The notes under the pieces were generated by a model. The model had not been told where the DNA came from. It made no database searches and saw only the letters and a program-made list of their open reading frames with translations. A stretch of 64,000 bases of DNA, taken from assembly GCA_045863395.1 (NCBI GenBank), contig BTVJ01000012.1:1-64000 (forward strand). The letters are read 5' to 3'. Source of the stretch: Myxococcales bacterium. Its GTDB lineage: Bacteria; Myxococcota_A; UBA9042; JABWCM01; BTVJ01. Below are positions 48,645-63,139 of this stretch, in pieces; the stretch's first letter is position 1; each line of letters begins with the position of its first letter. Position numbers and translations under genes: made by a program.

Positions 48645-50912
48645 CTACTTCACGAACCCGAGCAGCGCCTCGTGGGCCACACCCGGGAGCCAGGTCGGGC
48701 AGGACTCGGCCAGCCAGTGGAAGTGGCGCTGCGCCGTCACATTGTGGCAGCGGCACAGGGGGCGAGGGGTGTGGCTGGTGCGGGTCACGGAGAGATGCCC
48801 GAGGAGCCCCTCTCCCTGCGTGCCCTCGCAGGTGGGCGACGTGCTGACGAAGTGGTCGATGCCGGTGAAGCAGCGGTAGAGCGCCACGCGGCCCGGCCCC
48901 GGCTGGGTCAGGAGCTGGAAGGGCGCGTCGCCGCTCAGGTTCCCGCCCGTGCCACAGGTGGACGGCGGACCGTAGAAGGGGTTGCACACCTGCTCCCACG
49001 CGCCGGTGCCGAGCAGCGCCAGCACCTCGTTGAAGGACGTGGTCGGCACGTGGTCCGTGTCCATGTCCTGCTCCGGGTCCTTCAGGCGCATGCTGTGGAC
49101 CAGCGTGTACTCCTGCTGGATCTGGCAGCAGGCCTCACCCGGCGCCGCGCCGCAGCCGCCAGCCTTGTAGGCCGAGATGCACGACTTCATGAGCTGGTAG
49201 GGGCCGGCGCCATACTCGACGGTCGGCTCCAGGTCCCGCGCGAACTCGGCTCCATACGTGTCCACCCACAGCCACTCGGTGCTCGGGTCCGCGCTCGGCA
49301 CGATGCCCATGCTGCGCGCGAGGGGCCCCTGGCCGGTCACGGCGGCGTTGCTCTGAGGTTGGGCGACGAGCTCGTTCCACGAGTTGATCAGCAGCCAGTC
49401 GGGCTTCACGGAGAAGGCGGTCTGGAACTGCTTCTTCAGCGTGAGCCCCCCGTTGCGCCCCGATGCCTGCATGGGGAGGCTCGCGTAGCCCACCTGGTAG
49501 CTCGCGCTGACGGAGAGCACGGTGCCCAGCTTGCTCGTGGTCGTGTAGCGGTTGAGGCACGGGTTGTCGTGGGCGACCAGCGTCGTGAAGGTCAGCGCCC
49601 CGTCGGGCGGCCCCGGAGCCTCGCAGGGCTGCATCCATGACGCGCGCCCGCCGGCGAGCTCCGCTGCGCCGAGGTTTCCCCACATGGGCACGACGAGCAC
49701 GTCGTGCTTGCCCCCGTTGGACTCGGCGGCCGCCACGGCCCCAGGGTCGAGGGGGAAGCCGCCGTTCTCCACCGCGAAGAGCACCTTGCGGCCCGACTTC
49801 TCGTCGCGCAGCACGAGGTCGTCGTAGGCCGGGTGGTCGTAGAGCCCGGAGAAGACCTTCTCCCACGTCCACGTGGATGGGCCCGTCTTCGGCGGCATGG
49901 GTACCCACGCAGCGATCTGCGGCGTCATGCCCCCCTGGTCGCGGATCTTGCGCCACTCCTCGGCCAGCACCTCCAGGGGACGCACGCCCAGGACATCGGC
50001 GAAGGGGGAGTAGAAGGGGATGTTGGTCAGGTCCACGAACACGAAGTCCACGCCCGCCGACCAAAGGAGGCTCGCGTGGGTGGCGGCCACCTCGGCGATG
50101 TTCGGGCACGGGCCGACGGCGTCGGGCTCCGGGTAGCCCCCCTCTCCCGGGCGGGACCGGACCAGGCAGTAGAAGCCGAGCTGCGGCTCCACGGAGTAGT
50201 GGAAGGCCGCCGCCTCACCGAACAGCCCGTGGTCGAGGAGCATGGCGGACGGCTGGACGGCCGGGGCGCGGATCACGTCCTCCATGGTCAGGCGCTGGCT
50301 CGGCGGCAGCGCGCGGATGGCGTCGCTCGCGTAGGCGTGCCACGCCAGGTAGAAGATGCCGACCCGCTTGGCGGGGTAGAGGTCGGTGCAGACCCCGCCG
50401 GCGCAGGACTGCTGGTTGGTGCAGGGCGGGGCGCCTGGGCTGCACCCGACCCCCGGCGCACACGTCTCCACGCCGTTGCACGGGTTGCCGTCGTCGCACA
50501 TCACCGCCGAGTGCGTGCACTGCTCGCCCTCGCACGCGTCGGCCGTGCAGGGGTCTCCGTCGTCGCACGCGCTTGGGTCAGCAACGCAGCCCTGGCAGGC
50601 GTCCGGGCACCCGTCGCCGTTCTGGTCCATGGCGACGCTCAGGGGCAGGTCGAGGACGAGGCGGATGCCCGCGACCACGTCCACGACGTCGACGACACCG
50701 CTGCACTCCAGGTCCGCGGTGGCGGGGGGGCCCGCCAGGCACGTCGGCACCTCGCCACCCGCCAGGGTCCAGAGCGTCGTCAGGATCAGGCACTGGACGT
50801 CCACCACGTCGGTGGCGCCGCTCCCGTTCACGTCCCCGGGGGGACTCAGGCAGGCCGCCCGCGCCTCCGGCGAGGGCAGGGTCAGGACGACGAGGACGAG
50901 CAGCCAGCGCAT
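48645..50912 (-). CDS. Secreted multidomain protein: dockerin-like + Cys-rich + GH99-like domain
   Basis: Signal peptide, GDVNGSGATDVVD, CDDGDPCTAD repeats, VGIFYLAW, AGVDFVFVDLTN, NSWNE; start ATG 50912. Confidence 0.7.
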   Translation of the reverse strand: MRWLLVLVVLTLPSPEARAACLSPPGDVNGSGATDVVDVQCLILTTLWTLAGGEVPTCLAGPPATADLECSGVVDVVDVVAGIRLVLDLPLSVAMDQNGDGCPDACQGCVADPSACDDGDPCTADACEGEQCTHSAVMCDDGNPCNGVETCAPGVGCSPGAPPCTNQQSCAGGVCTDLYPAKRVGIFYLAWHAYASDAIRALPPSQRLTMEDVIRAPAVQPSAMLLDHGLFGEAAAFHYSVEPQLGFYCLVRSRPGEGGYPEPDAVGPCPNIAEVAATHASLLWSAGVDFVFVDLTNIPFYSPFADVLGVRPLEVLAEEWRKIRDQGGMTPQIAAWVPMPPKTGPSTWTWEKVFSGLYDHPAYDDLVLRDEKSGRKVLFAVENGGFPLDPGAVAAAESNGGKHDVLVVPMWGNLGAAELAGGRASWMQPCEAPGPPDGALTFTTLVAHDNPCLNRYTTTSKLGTVLSVSASYQVGYASLPMQASGRNGGLTLKKQFQTAFSVKPDWLLINSWNELVAQPQSNAAVTGQGPLARSMGIVPSADPSTEWLWVDTYGAEFARDLEPTVEYGAGPYQLMKSCISAYKAGGCGAAPGEACCQIQQEYTLVHSMRLKDPEQDMDTDHVPTTSFNEVLALLGTGAWEQVCNPFYGPPSTCGTGGNLSGDAPFQLLTQPGPGRVALYRCFTGIDHFVSTSPTCEGTQGEGLLGHLSVTRTSHTPRPLCRCHNVTAQRHFHWLAESCPTWLPGVAHEALLGFVK

Positions 50913-51019
50913 GGGGCACTCCCGACTCCACGACAGCCGCCTGGGGCGTGTCTCCGTGCGTCGGAGTCTACCCCACGGGCACCGCCTGGACCACCCTGCG
51001 GCCGGTGGAACCCCGTCGG

Positions 51020-51089
51020 GCACGGCATGGCGTCAAAGGGGCTTGCAATCCCCGCCATGCCGTGCGACATAGACTGCACTTCCAGTCTA
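51020..51089. promoter_or_regulatory. Two inverted repeats in the divergent intergenic region
   Basis: 13-bp perfect IR GCACGGCATGGCG (51020-51032) / CGCCATGCCGTGC (51053-51065); TAGACTG-N6-CAGTCTA (51070-51089). Confidence 0.6.
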
Positions 51090-51109
51090 ACGCAATGAGA
51101 GGCGACGGG

Positions 51110-54781
<3,672 letters not shown>

Positions 54782-54865
54782 GTCTCGCGGACGGGCGCAA
54801 GAACAGAGGGGGTCACAGAGATTGAGCGTCCGCGGGGCGCTGAGCCGACCATTGGGAGTGACGCC

Positions 54866-56557
<1,692 letters not shown>

Positions 56558-56590
56558 CGGGCGGAGGGGGGCGGGGCGCCCGATCGTGGG

Positions 56591-58270
56591 CTACCGACCG
56601 ACGCGCGTGGCGACGGCGAGCAAGTGGACCGCCGTGTCGGCGGGCAGGTGCCGGGTCGCCACCTCCCGCAGCCGGGGCGCGTCCGCTGGGCCCGCCAGGC
56701 GCTCCAGGGCGACGGCCGCCCAGAACCGGAGGTCCGCCAGCTCTTCGTGGGCGGCGGCCTCGTAGACCGCGGCCGTCGCCTCCCACGCTCCCTCCGGGCG
56801 GTCGCGTGCGGTCCCCAGGAGCGCGCGGAGCGCCCCCACCCTCGCTGCCTCGTGGGCGTCGATGATCGCCTGGAGCGGCGCCAGCGGGGCGAACAGCTCG
56901 TCACGGCGGCGGCGCAGCGCGTCCATGGCCGCCTTGCGGACCTCCGCAGTGGCCGCCCCCTCGGCGTCCTCCGCAGCGTGGAATGCCTTGGTCTCCCGCT
57001 CGATGGCGGCCTCCGCTTCCTGGCGCGCCGCGTCGTGGGCATCCCGCGCCGCCGCGAGGGCCGGGCCCAACGCCGGGAGCGACGGCGCGGCAGCCTGAAG
57101 CTGGGTCACCCACGGCCGCTCGGGACTCTGCCGGAGGGCCGCAACGGCGGCCGCCGCCTGCTCCCCGGCCTCGCGGACGAGGACCGACGGGCTCTTCACG
57201 ACATCGGTCTCCCAGCGCGGCAGGTCGCTCGCGGGGATCGCGAGCGCCAGCGGACCCACGAGCGCTGCCCGCGAGGCGCCGGCCTCGGCGGCGAAGCGCT
57301 CCCACAGCGCGGCGGACTGCCCAGCGAGTCCCAGCGCGTCTGCGACCTCGGCGCGGCGGTGGGGGGCCGCAACGAGGAGCTCACTCAGCGGCTCGGCGGA
57401 CGCCCCCAGCGCCACAGACGCCGCCGCGCACTGGAGGAGCCGGCGTGGCGTGGCCTCCTCGGCCCGCAGGACCGCGGCCGCGTGCGCCACGACGGGCCCC
57501 GTGACCCCCGCGTCCCAGAGCACCTCTGCGATCAGGGGAGCCGCAGCGGCCTCGTCGGGCAGCGCCGCCACGAGGGGCCCCGGATCCGCGAGCCCGAGCC
57601 GGGCGAGGGCGAGGCGCAGCGAGGCCCCCGCGACGTCCGCGCGCAGCGGGGCCCGCAGCAGCCCCTCCACCGCCAGGGCGCTCAAGCGCGCCCGGCTCTC
57701 ACGGGGACCAGCGCCGGCGCCCTCCGCCAGCAGCGCCGCGGCGCGCCGGCTCACCTCCATGCCCTGCGTCGCCGGGTCTGCCGCGGCGACGGTGGCGATC
57801 TCATCGAGGAGGGCCGCGGTTCCGCCGTCCGACAGGGCGAGGGCGGCGTCCAGCAGGGCGCCACGCCGTCGCTCGGCGCCGGGCGCGACCAGCGCGGCGC
57901 GCAGCGCGTCCACAGGATCGCGCCACTCCACGAGCACCCGCGCGGCGGCCTCCGCTGTGCGCTCGTCGACGAGCGCGGCTCGCAGCGCAGCGCGCGCCGC
58001 ATCGTTGGGCCCGAGCGCCCCGAGCGCCGCCACGACCTCGCCTGGGACGCGGCTCTTGGGCAGGTGGGCGGCGAGGGCCTCGCTGGCGCCCGCGCAGCGC
58101 TGCTCGGCGAGGGCCCTCACAGACGCCAGCTCATCCGTCTCCGAGGTGAGCCTGCCCGACCAGAACTCACAGGAGCCGGCCTCCGTCTTCCTGCAGGCGC
58201 TCCCGGCCGCCAGCGCGACCGCAATCGCGCCTACGATGAATCTCGCGAGGATGCAGCGCTTCAAGCCCAC
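56591..58270 (-). CDS. Ala-rich helical-repeat putative lipoprotein
   Basis: GSAC lipobox-like leader and HEAT-like helices; fills the gap between confident genes. Confidence 0.6.
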   Translation of the reverse strand: MGLKRCILARFIVGAIAVALAAGSACRKTEAGSCEFWSGRLTSETDELASVRALAEQRCAGASEALAAHLPKSRVPGEVVAALGALGPNDAARAALRAALVDERTAEAAARVLVEWRDPVDALRAALVAPGAERRRGALLDAALALSDGGTAALLDEIATVAAADPATQGMEVSRRAAALLAEGAGAGPRESRARLSALAVEGLLRAPLRADVAGASLRLALARLGLADPGPLVAALPDEAAAAPLIAEVLWDAGVTGPVVAHAAAVLRAEEATPRRLLQCAAASVALGASAEPLSELLVAAPHRRAEVADALGLAGQSAALWERFAAEAGASRAALVGPLALAIPASDLPRWETDVVKSPSVLVREAGEQAAAAVAALRQSPERPWVTQLQAAAPSLPALGPALAAARDAHDAARQEAEAAIERETKAFHAAEDAEGAATAEVRKAAMDALRRRRDELFAPLAPLQAIIDAHEAARVGALRALLGTARDRPEGAWEATAAVYEAAAHEELADLRFWAAVALERLAGPADAPRLREVATRHLPADTAVHLLAVATRVGR

Positions 58271-58558
58271 GGTTCACAGACCTCCGGCTACGGTGCCACG
58301 GCGCGCCTCCCCCGCTGCGGGACCACATAGCACAGCGGCCGGCCCTCCGTCGCGGCGCAGGGCCGGCGCGATGGGGCGGTCCCAGCAGGCTCGGACCGCT
58401 GCCACGTCGGAGGTGTCCAGGTCCGTGGCGGCCGCTGCACACGTCACGCAGCCACCGGTCGAGGGCGCTCGGCGGCGGCCCCTGCGTCGGCCTCCCGCGC
58501 TCCCCTCCGAGGCGCGGCGTTGGGGGGAGGGCCGGGTCAGTTGCCACCCGAGTCGGCT

Positions 58559-58581
58559 AGTGATAAGTTATCACTTATCAC
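58559..58581. promoter_or_regulatory. Palindromic operator upstream of the antiporter operon
   Basis: Perfect AGTGATAA-G-TTATCACT plus an extra TTATCAC half-site. Confidence 0.7.
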
Positions 58582-58599
58582 AGTCTCCATTGTCGGAGG

Positions 58600-60744
58600 G
58601 TGTCCATGGGGCTCATCCACGACCCGTTGACGCGCTTCATCGCCCAGATGGTCTCCATCGTGGTCGTCTCGCGGAGCCTCGGGCTGCTCCTCCGGCGGAT
58701 CGGCCAGCCGCAGGTCATCGCCGAGATCGTCGCGGGCATCGTCCTCGGGCCGTCGCTGCTCGGGCTCCTGCTGCCCGGCGTCACGGCCACGCTGTTCCCG
58801 CCCGAGTCGATCCAGACGTTGCAGCTCGTCGCGCAGCTCGGGCTCATCCTGTTCATGTTCCTGGTCGGCCTCGAGCTCGACCTCTCGCTGCTGCGCGGGC
58901 GCGCCCACTCGTCCGTGGCCATCTCGCACACGAGCATCATCGTGCCGTTCGCCCTCGGCGCCGCCATCGCTCCGCTGCTCTGGGACTACGCGGGCGGCCC
59001 GTCGGTCTCCCACACGGCGTTCGCGCTGTTCCTCGGCGCCGCGATGAGCATCACCGCCTTCCCGGTGCTCGCGCGAATCCTGTCGGAGCGGCGGCTGCTG
59101 TCCACGCCCATCGGCGCCATCGCGATCGCCTGCGCCGCAGTCGACGACGTGACGGCGTGGTGCCTGCTGGCGTTCGTCGTCGCCACGGCGCGGGCGACCG
59201 GCCTCGGCGCCGCCGTGGTCACGACGGTGCTCGCCGTCGGCTACATCGCGCTGATGTTCGGTGCCGTCCGCCCCCTGATGCACCGCCTGGCCGCGCGGAT
59301 GGGCGAGCGGGAGACCATCTCCGCGAACGCCATCGCCGCCGTGCTCGTGCTCCTCTTCCTCTCGGCGTGGTCCACCGAGCTCATCGGCATCCACGCGCTG
59401 TTCGGGGCCTTCCTGTTCGGCGCCATCCTCCCGAAGGACGGGGGCTTCGCGCGCCGTGTGGCCGAGCGCCTCGAGGACCTCGTGCTCGTCGTCCTGCTGC
59501 CGCTGTTCTTCGCCTACAGCGGTGTCCGGACGGAGATTGGGCTGCTCGACACAGGAGAGGACTGGCTCCTGTGCGGGCTGGTCATCGCCGTCGCCTGCCT
59601 CGGGAAGTTCGGAGGCAGCACCGTCGCCGCACGGCTGACGGGGCTCGGCTGGCGGGACGCGACCGCCATCGGGGTGCTGATGAACACGCGCGGCCTCATG
59701 GAGCTCATCGTCCTCAACATCGGCCTCGACCTCGGCGTCATCTCGCCGACCCTGTTCACGATGATGGTCCTCATGGCGCTCGTCACGACCTTCATGACGA
59801 CGCCCGTCCTCCACGTGATCTATCCACCTGGTGGGGTCGCCAGCGCTCCCGAGCCTGCGCCTCCCCTGCGGCACGCCTTCACCGTGCTCGCCTGCGTCGC
59901 GAAGCCCTGGTCGGGGCCCGGGCTGGCCCGGCTGGCGGCGGCGCTCGGCGGTCGCGACGAGACGCGGCTCGTGGCGCTCACGCTGGTCCCGACGTCCACG
60001 CGCGCGTCCTTCTACACCGGCGCGCACGACGAGCCCGCGCCCGGGCCGGGCGACGCCCCCGACGCCGCGCTCGGGCCGCTGCTCGCCACGGCCGCGGAGG
60101 TCGACCTGGACGTCCACCCGGTGGCCTTCGTGTCCCCCGACCCGGCGGAGGACATCTGCGCGGTCGCGGCGACCGCCAGGCCCGACCTGATCCTGATGGG
60201 GTGGCACAAGCCGGTCGTGGGGCGCAGCATGCTCGGCGGGGTCGTCAAGCGCGTCCTGACGGAGGCACGGACGGACGTCGCGATCCTGATGGAGCGGGAC
60301 CTCACGGCGATCCGCCGCGTGCTCGTGCCCTTCCAGGGCTCGCCCCACGACCGGGCGGCCCTCGAGCTGGCGCAGCGCGTGCTCCGCCGGACCGGCGCCG
60401 ACGTCACCATCCTGCACGTCCACCCGCCGGAGGGCTCCCACGGGCTCGGCGCGCGCCAACTGACGGAGGAGACGTTCCAGGAGACCCCCGACGCGAAGGT
60501 CACGGTGCGGGTCGTGGTCGACCCGTCGCCGGAGGACGCTGTTCTCGCCGAGGCCCACAAGGGCTATGATCTGGTGATCGCGGGTGCAGGCAGCGAGTGG
60601 GGCCTCGAGCAGCGCGTGTGGGGTCTCGAGGCCGAGCGGCTCATGCGCGACCTCCGCACGTCGCTGCTGGTCGTGCGGGCGCGCGCGCAGGAGCAAGACG
60701 GTGACAGCGGGAGCGGCACGACACGGGGAGGACGGGCGGGATGA
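58600..60744 (+). CDS. CPA2 cation:proton antiporter with USP-like C-terminal domains
   Basis: GQPQVIAEIVAGIVLGPS, ITAFPVLARIL, DDVTAW, MNTRGLMEL; C-terminal ILMGWH / VLVPF. Alternative start 58606. Confidence 0.93.
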   Translation: MSMGLIHDPLTRFIAQMVSIVVVSRSLGLLLRRIGQPQVIAEIVAGIVLGPSLLGLLLPGVTATLFPPESIQTLQLVAQLGLILFMFLVGLELDLSLLRGRAHSSVAISHTSIIVPFALGAAIAPLLWDYAGGPSVSHTAFALFLGAAMSITAFPVLARILSERRLLSTPIGAIAIACAAVDDVTAWCLLAFVVATARATGLGAAVVTTVLAVGYIALMFGAVRPLMHRLAARMGERETISANAIAAVLVLLFLSAWSTELIGIHALFGAFLFGAILPKDGGFARRVAERLEDLVLVVLLPLFFAYSGVRTEIGLLDTGEDWLLCGLVIAVACLGKFGGSTVAARLTGLGWRDATAIGVLMNTRGLMELIVLNIGLDLGVISPTLFTMMVLMALVTTFMTTPVLHVIYPPGGVASAPEPAPPLRHAFTVLACVAKPWSGPGLARLAAALGGRDETRLVALTLVPTSTRASFYTGAHDEPAPGPGDAPDAALGPLLATAAEVDLDVHPVAFVSPDPAEDICAVAATARPDLILMGWHKPVVGRSMLGGVVKRVLTEARTDVAILMERDLTAIRRVLVPFQGSPHDRAALELAQRVLRRTGADVTILHVHPPEGSHGLGARQLTEETFQETPDAKVTVRVVVDPSPEDAVLAEAHKGYDLVIAGAGSEWGLEQRVWGLEAERLMRDLRTSLLVVRARAQEQDGDSGSGTTRGGRAG

Positions 60745-61559
60745 AGTTCGGGGCTGTGCTGCGGCTGCTGCGGATGGATGCGAACCTGAGCCTGCGGGAG
60801 CTCGCCAGGCAGGTGGGCGTCTCGAGCGCATACATCAGCCGCATCGAGAACGGGCGCGACCCGTCGCCGACGCCCGAGAGGCTCCGGGCCATCGCGGACA
60901 CCCTCGGCGTACCGCGGGTGCTCCTCTTCGAGCTCGCCCACCAGACGGGGCCGGTGCTCGGCGCCTACCTGGCGCGCGTCCCGGCGGGCGGGGCGCTGAT
61001 GCTGGAGATCGCGCGGAGGGACCTCGACCAGGACCAGCTCCGCGAGCTGCGGCAGCTCCTCGACGCGAGATTCCCCCGGCCGGACAGCGGGTTGCGCCCG
61101 CGCAGCTTCGGAGAGCTGATCCGGCCGGAGCGCGTGGTGCTCGACCTGGCGTGCACGACCCTCGAGGACCTCGTCATGGTCGCCGTAGCCCGCCTGCCGG
61201 CCATGGACGAGCTCGGGGGTCCCTCGCGCGAGGTGCTTGCCGAGCGGATCCGGCAACGCGAGCGGGAGGCCTCGACCGCGCTCGGCGGCGGCCTCATGGC
61301 ACCGCACGCCATCGTGACCGGCGCCACCCCGAGCGCGGCGCTGCTGACCCTGGCGACGCCACTCGATGTGCCGACGCCCGACGGAGCCCCGGTCCGGCTC
61401 GCCATCGTGCTGGTGAGTGACGCGCCCGGTGAGCTCCACCTGCGCGCCCTCGGCCGCATCGCCCGGCTGGCCGCATGGGACGCCGTCCCGGAGCTCGTCG
61501 CCCAGCGGACGGCCGAGCACGTGCTCGCGGTATTGGAGCGGCTGGAGAGTCACTGGTAG
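60741..61559 (+). CDS. XRE-family HTH fused to PTS EIIA(Ntr-type) domain
   Basis: SLRELARQVGVSSAYISRIENG; RE...STALGGGLMAPHA, TPDGAPV, HLRALGRIARL; ATGA overlap. Confidence 0.88.
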   Translation: MKFGAVLRLLRMDANLSLRELARQVGVSSAYISRIENGRDPSPTPERLRAIADTLGVPRVLLFELAHQTGPVLGAYLARVPAGGALMLEIARRDLDQDQLRELRQLLDARFPRPDSGLRPRSFGELIRPERVVLDLACTTLEDLVMVAVARLPAMDELGGPSREVLAERIRQREREASTALGGGLMAPHAIVTGATPSAALLTLATPLDVPTPDGAPVRLAIVLVSDAPGELHLRALGRIARLAAWDAVPELVAQRTAEHVLAVLERLESHW

Positions 61560-61861
61560 GGCTGGAGATCCCCCCCAATGGCCCGCTCGGCACTCGTAGG
61601 TCGTCGGCTCGCGGGCCGGCTCGCGGCGGCGACTCCCGCGCGGTGCGGGCGCGGCTGGCCCCCCAAATCGTTGGCCGGGCGCGAGGCGCGGGCTCCGTCA
61701 TCCCCAGCGCGCCCTCGTCGAGGCTGCCCAAGGGGGCCAGTCCACGGGTGGAGCGCCTCTGTTGCCGCCCGGGGCGAGCCGTGGCATCTTGGCGCCTCCG
61801 GGGCGCCGTGCGCGGTGAGCGGGGCATGACGCGGCAGCCTGAGCGCCGCGGGGAGAGGCGG

Positions 61862-63139
61862 ATGGTGGCTCGCGACAGGCTCCTCCCGTGGGCGGTCGGC
61901 CTTGTGCCCGCCCTGGCGGTGATCGCCCGGACCCCCGAGGTGAGCCCCGACACGGCCTCCTACCTTGCGAACAGCAGCTCACGGCCGCCGGTCTACCCCC
62001 TCCTGCTCGATCTGGCGTCGGTCCTGCCCGCGCCGGTGGAGCTGCGGGCCGTGATCGCCGCCCAGGTGCTCCTCACCGTGTGGGGGGCGGTCCGCCTCGC
62101 GCGCTGGTTCGCGCGCAGCGTCGGGACGAGCCGGCTGACCGAGGCGCTCGTGGTGCTCGTGGCGGCCATGCCCGCGGTCCTCCTCGGCACCTGGGTGCTG
62201 ACCGACGTCCTGGCCTACGCGCTGCTGCTCCACGCGGTGGTGCCGCTCCTGGAGGCCCTGCGGACGCGCGCGGCGCGGCCCCTGATCGAAGCGGCGACCC
62301 TCCTGGCGCTGGCGACGATGACACGGCCCCACTACCTCTTCGCCGTCCCGCCGCTGCTCGCCGTCGCAGGCGCCCTGCTCATGTGGCGTCGCCGGGCGGC
62401 GGTGGCGAGCGTCGCCTTGAGCATCGCCATCCTGCTCGCGATCGGCCCGGTGCAGCGCCTCTACCACCTGGCCGCCTCCGGCGAGGCCCGGTCGAGCTCG
62501 CTGCTCGGCATCCAGCTCCTGACCGTCGCTGCCTACGTGTCCGCCCCGGAGGATGCAGCGGCCGTCCAGGACACGGCCGCTCGCGCCCTCACCTCCGAGG
62601 TCCTCGCGGCCATCCGTGCGGAGGGCCTGACGCCGGAGCAAGCGGTCCACTCGCTGTCCCCGTACTCGCACTTCCGCGCGGTCTACAACGACATCTGCTG
62701 GGGGATCGTGGTGCCCCGGTGGAAGGCTGCGCACGCCCCGGACCGGCGCTCCACGCTGGACGACCTCGACGCCATGAATCGCGCCACCACCGGAGCCGCG
62801 CTCGATCTGTTCCGCGCCCACCCGCTGCGCCTGCTCGCGCACATGGGGCGCCAGCTCCAGGCGGCGGAGGGGCTCCTGCTCGTGCTGTTCGCGGCCTTCC
62901 TGCTCGTCGCGGCGACCCGCGCGGTGGCGTCCCGGGGCCGCGACCCCTACTGGACGGCTGCGCTGGCCGTGGGGCTCCTTCACGCGTGCAACCTGTGCCT
63001 CGTCGTCCTCGTCGAGCCGCCGATGCCGCGGTACACCTTCCCGACGGGGACGCTCCTCGTCGTCACCCTGCTCGCGGGGCTCGCGCGCTCGGCATCCCTG
63101 CCCCCCGCCGGGAGCACCCCACTGGAGGGAACGACCTGA
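61862..63139 (+). CDS. Polytopic membrane protein (GT-C-like)
   Basis: SPDTASY...RPPVYP after TM1, VLTD, MTRP, PRY. Start uncertain (61826 or 61862). Confidence 0.65.
   Translation: MVARDRLLPWAVGLVPALAVIARTPEVSPDTASYLANSSSRPPVYPLLLDLASVLPAPVELRAVIAAQVLLTVWGAVRLARWFARSVGTSRLTEALVVLVAAMPAVLLGTWVLTDVLAYALLLHAVVPLLEALRTRAARPLIEAATLLALATMTRPHYLFAVPPLLAVAGALLMWRRRAAVASVALSIAILLAIGPVQRLYHLAASGEARSSSLLGIQLLTVAAYVSAPEDAAAVQDTAARALTSEVLAAIRAEGLTPEQAVHSLSPYSHFRAVYNDICWGIVVPRWKAAHAPDRRSTLDDLDAMNRATTGAALDLFRAHPLRLLAHMGRQLQAAEGLLLVLFAAFLLVAATRAVASRGRDPYWTAALAVGLLHACNLCLVVLVEPPMPRYTFPTGTLLVVTLLAGLARSASLPPAGSTPLEGTT

Noticed and set aside
58559..58581. Canonical Fur box
   Set aside because: TGATAA-N-TTATCA is 2 bp shorter than the 7-1-7 Fur repeat and the downstream genes are not iron-related; kept as an unassigned operator.
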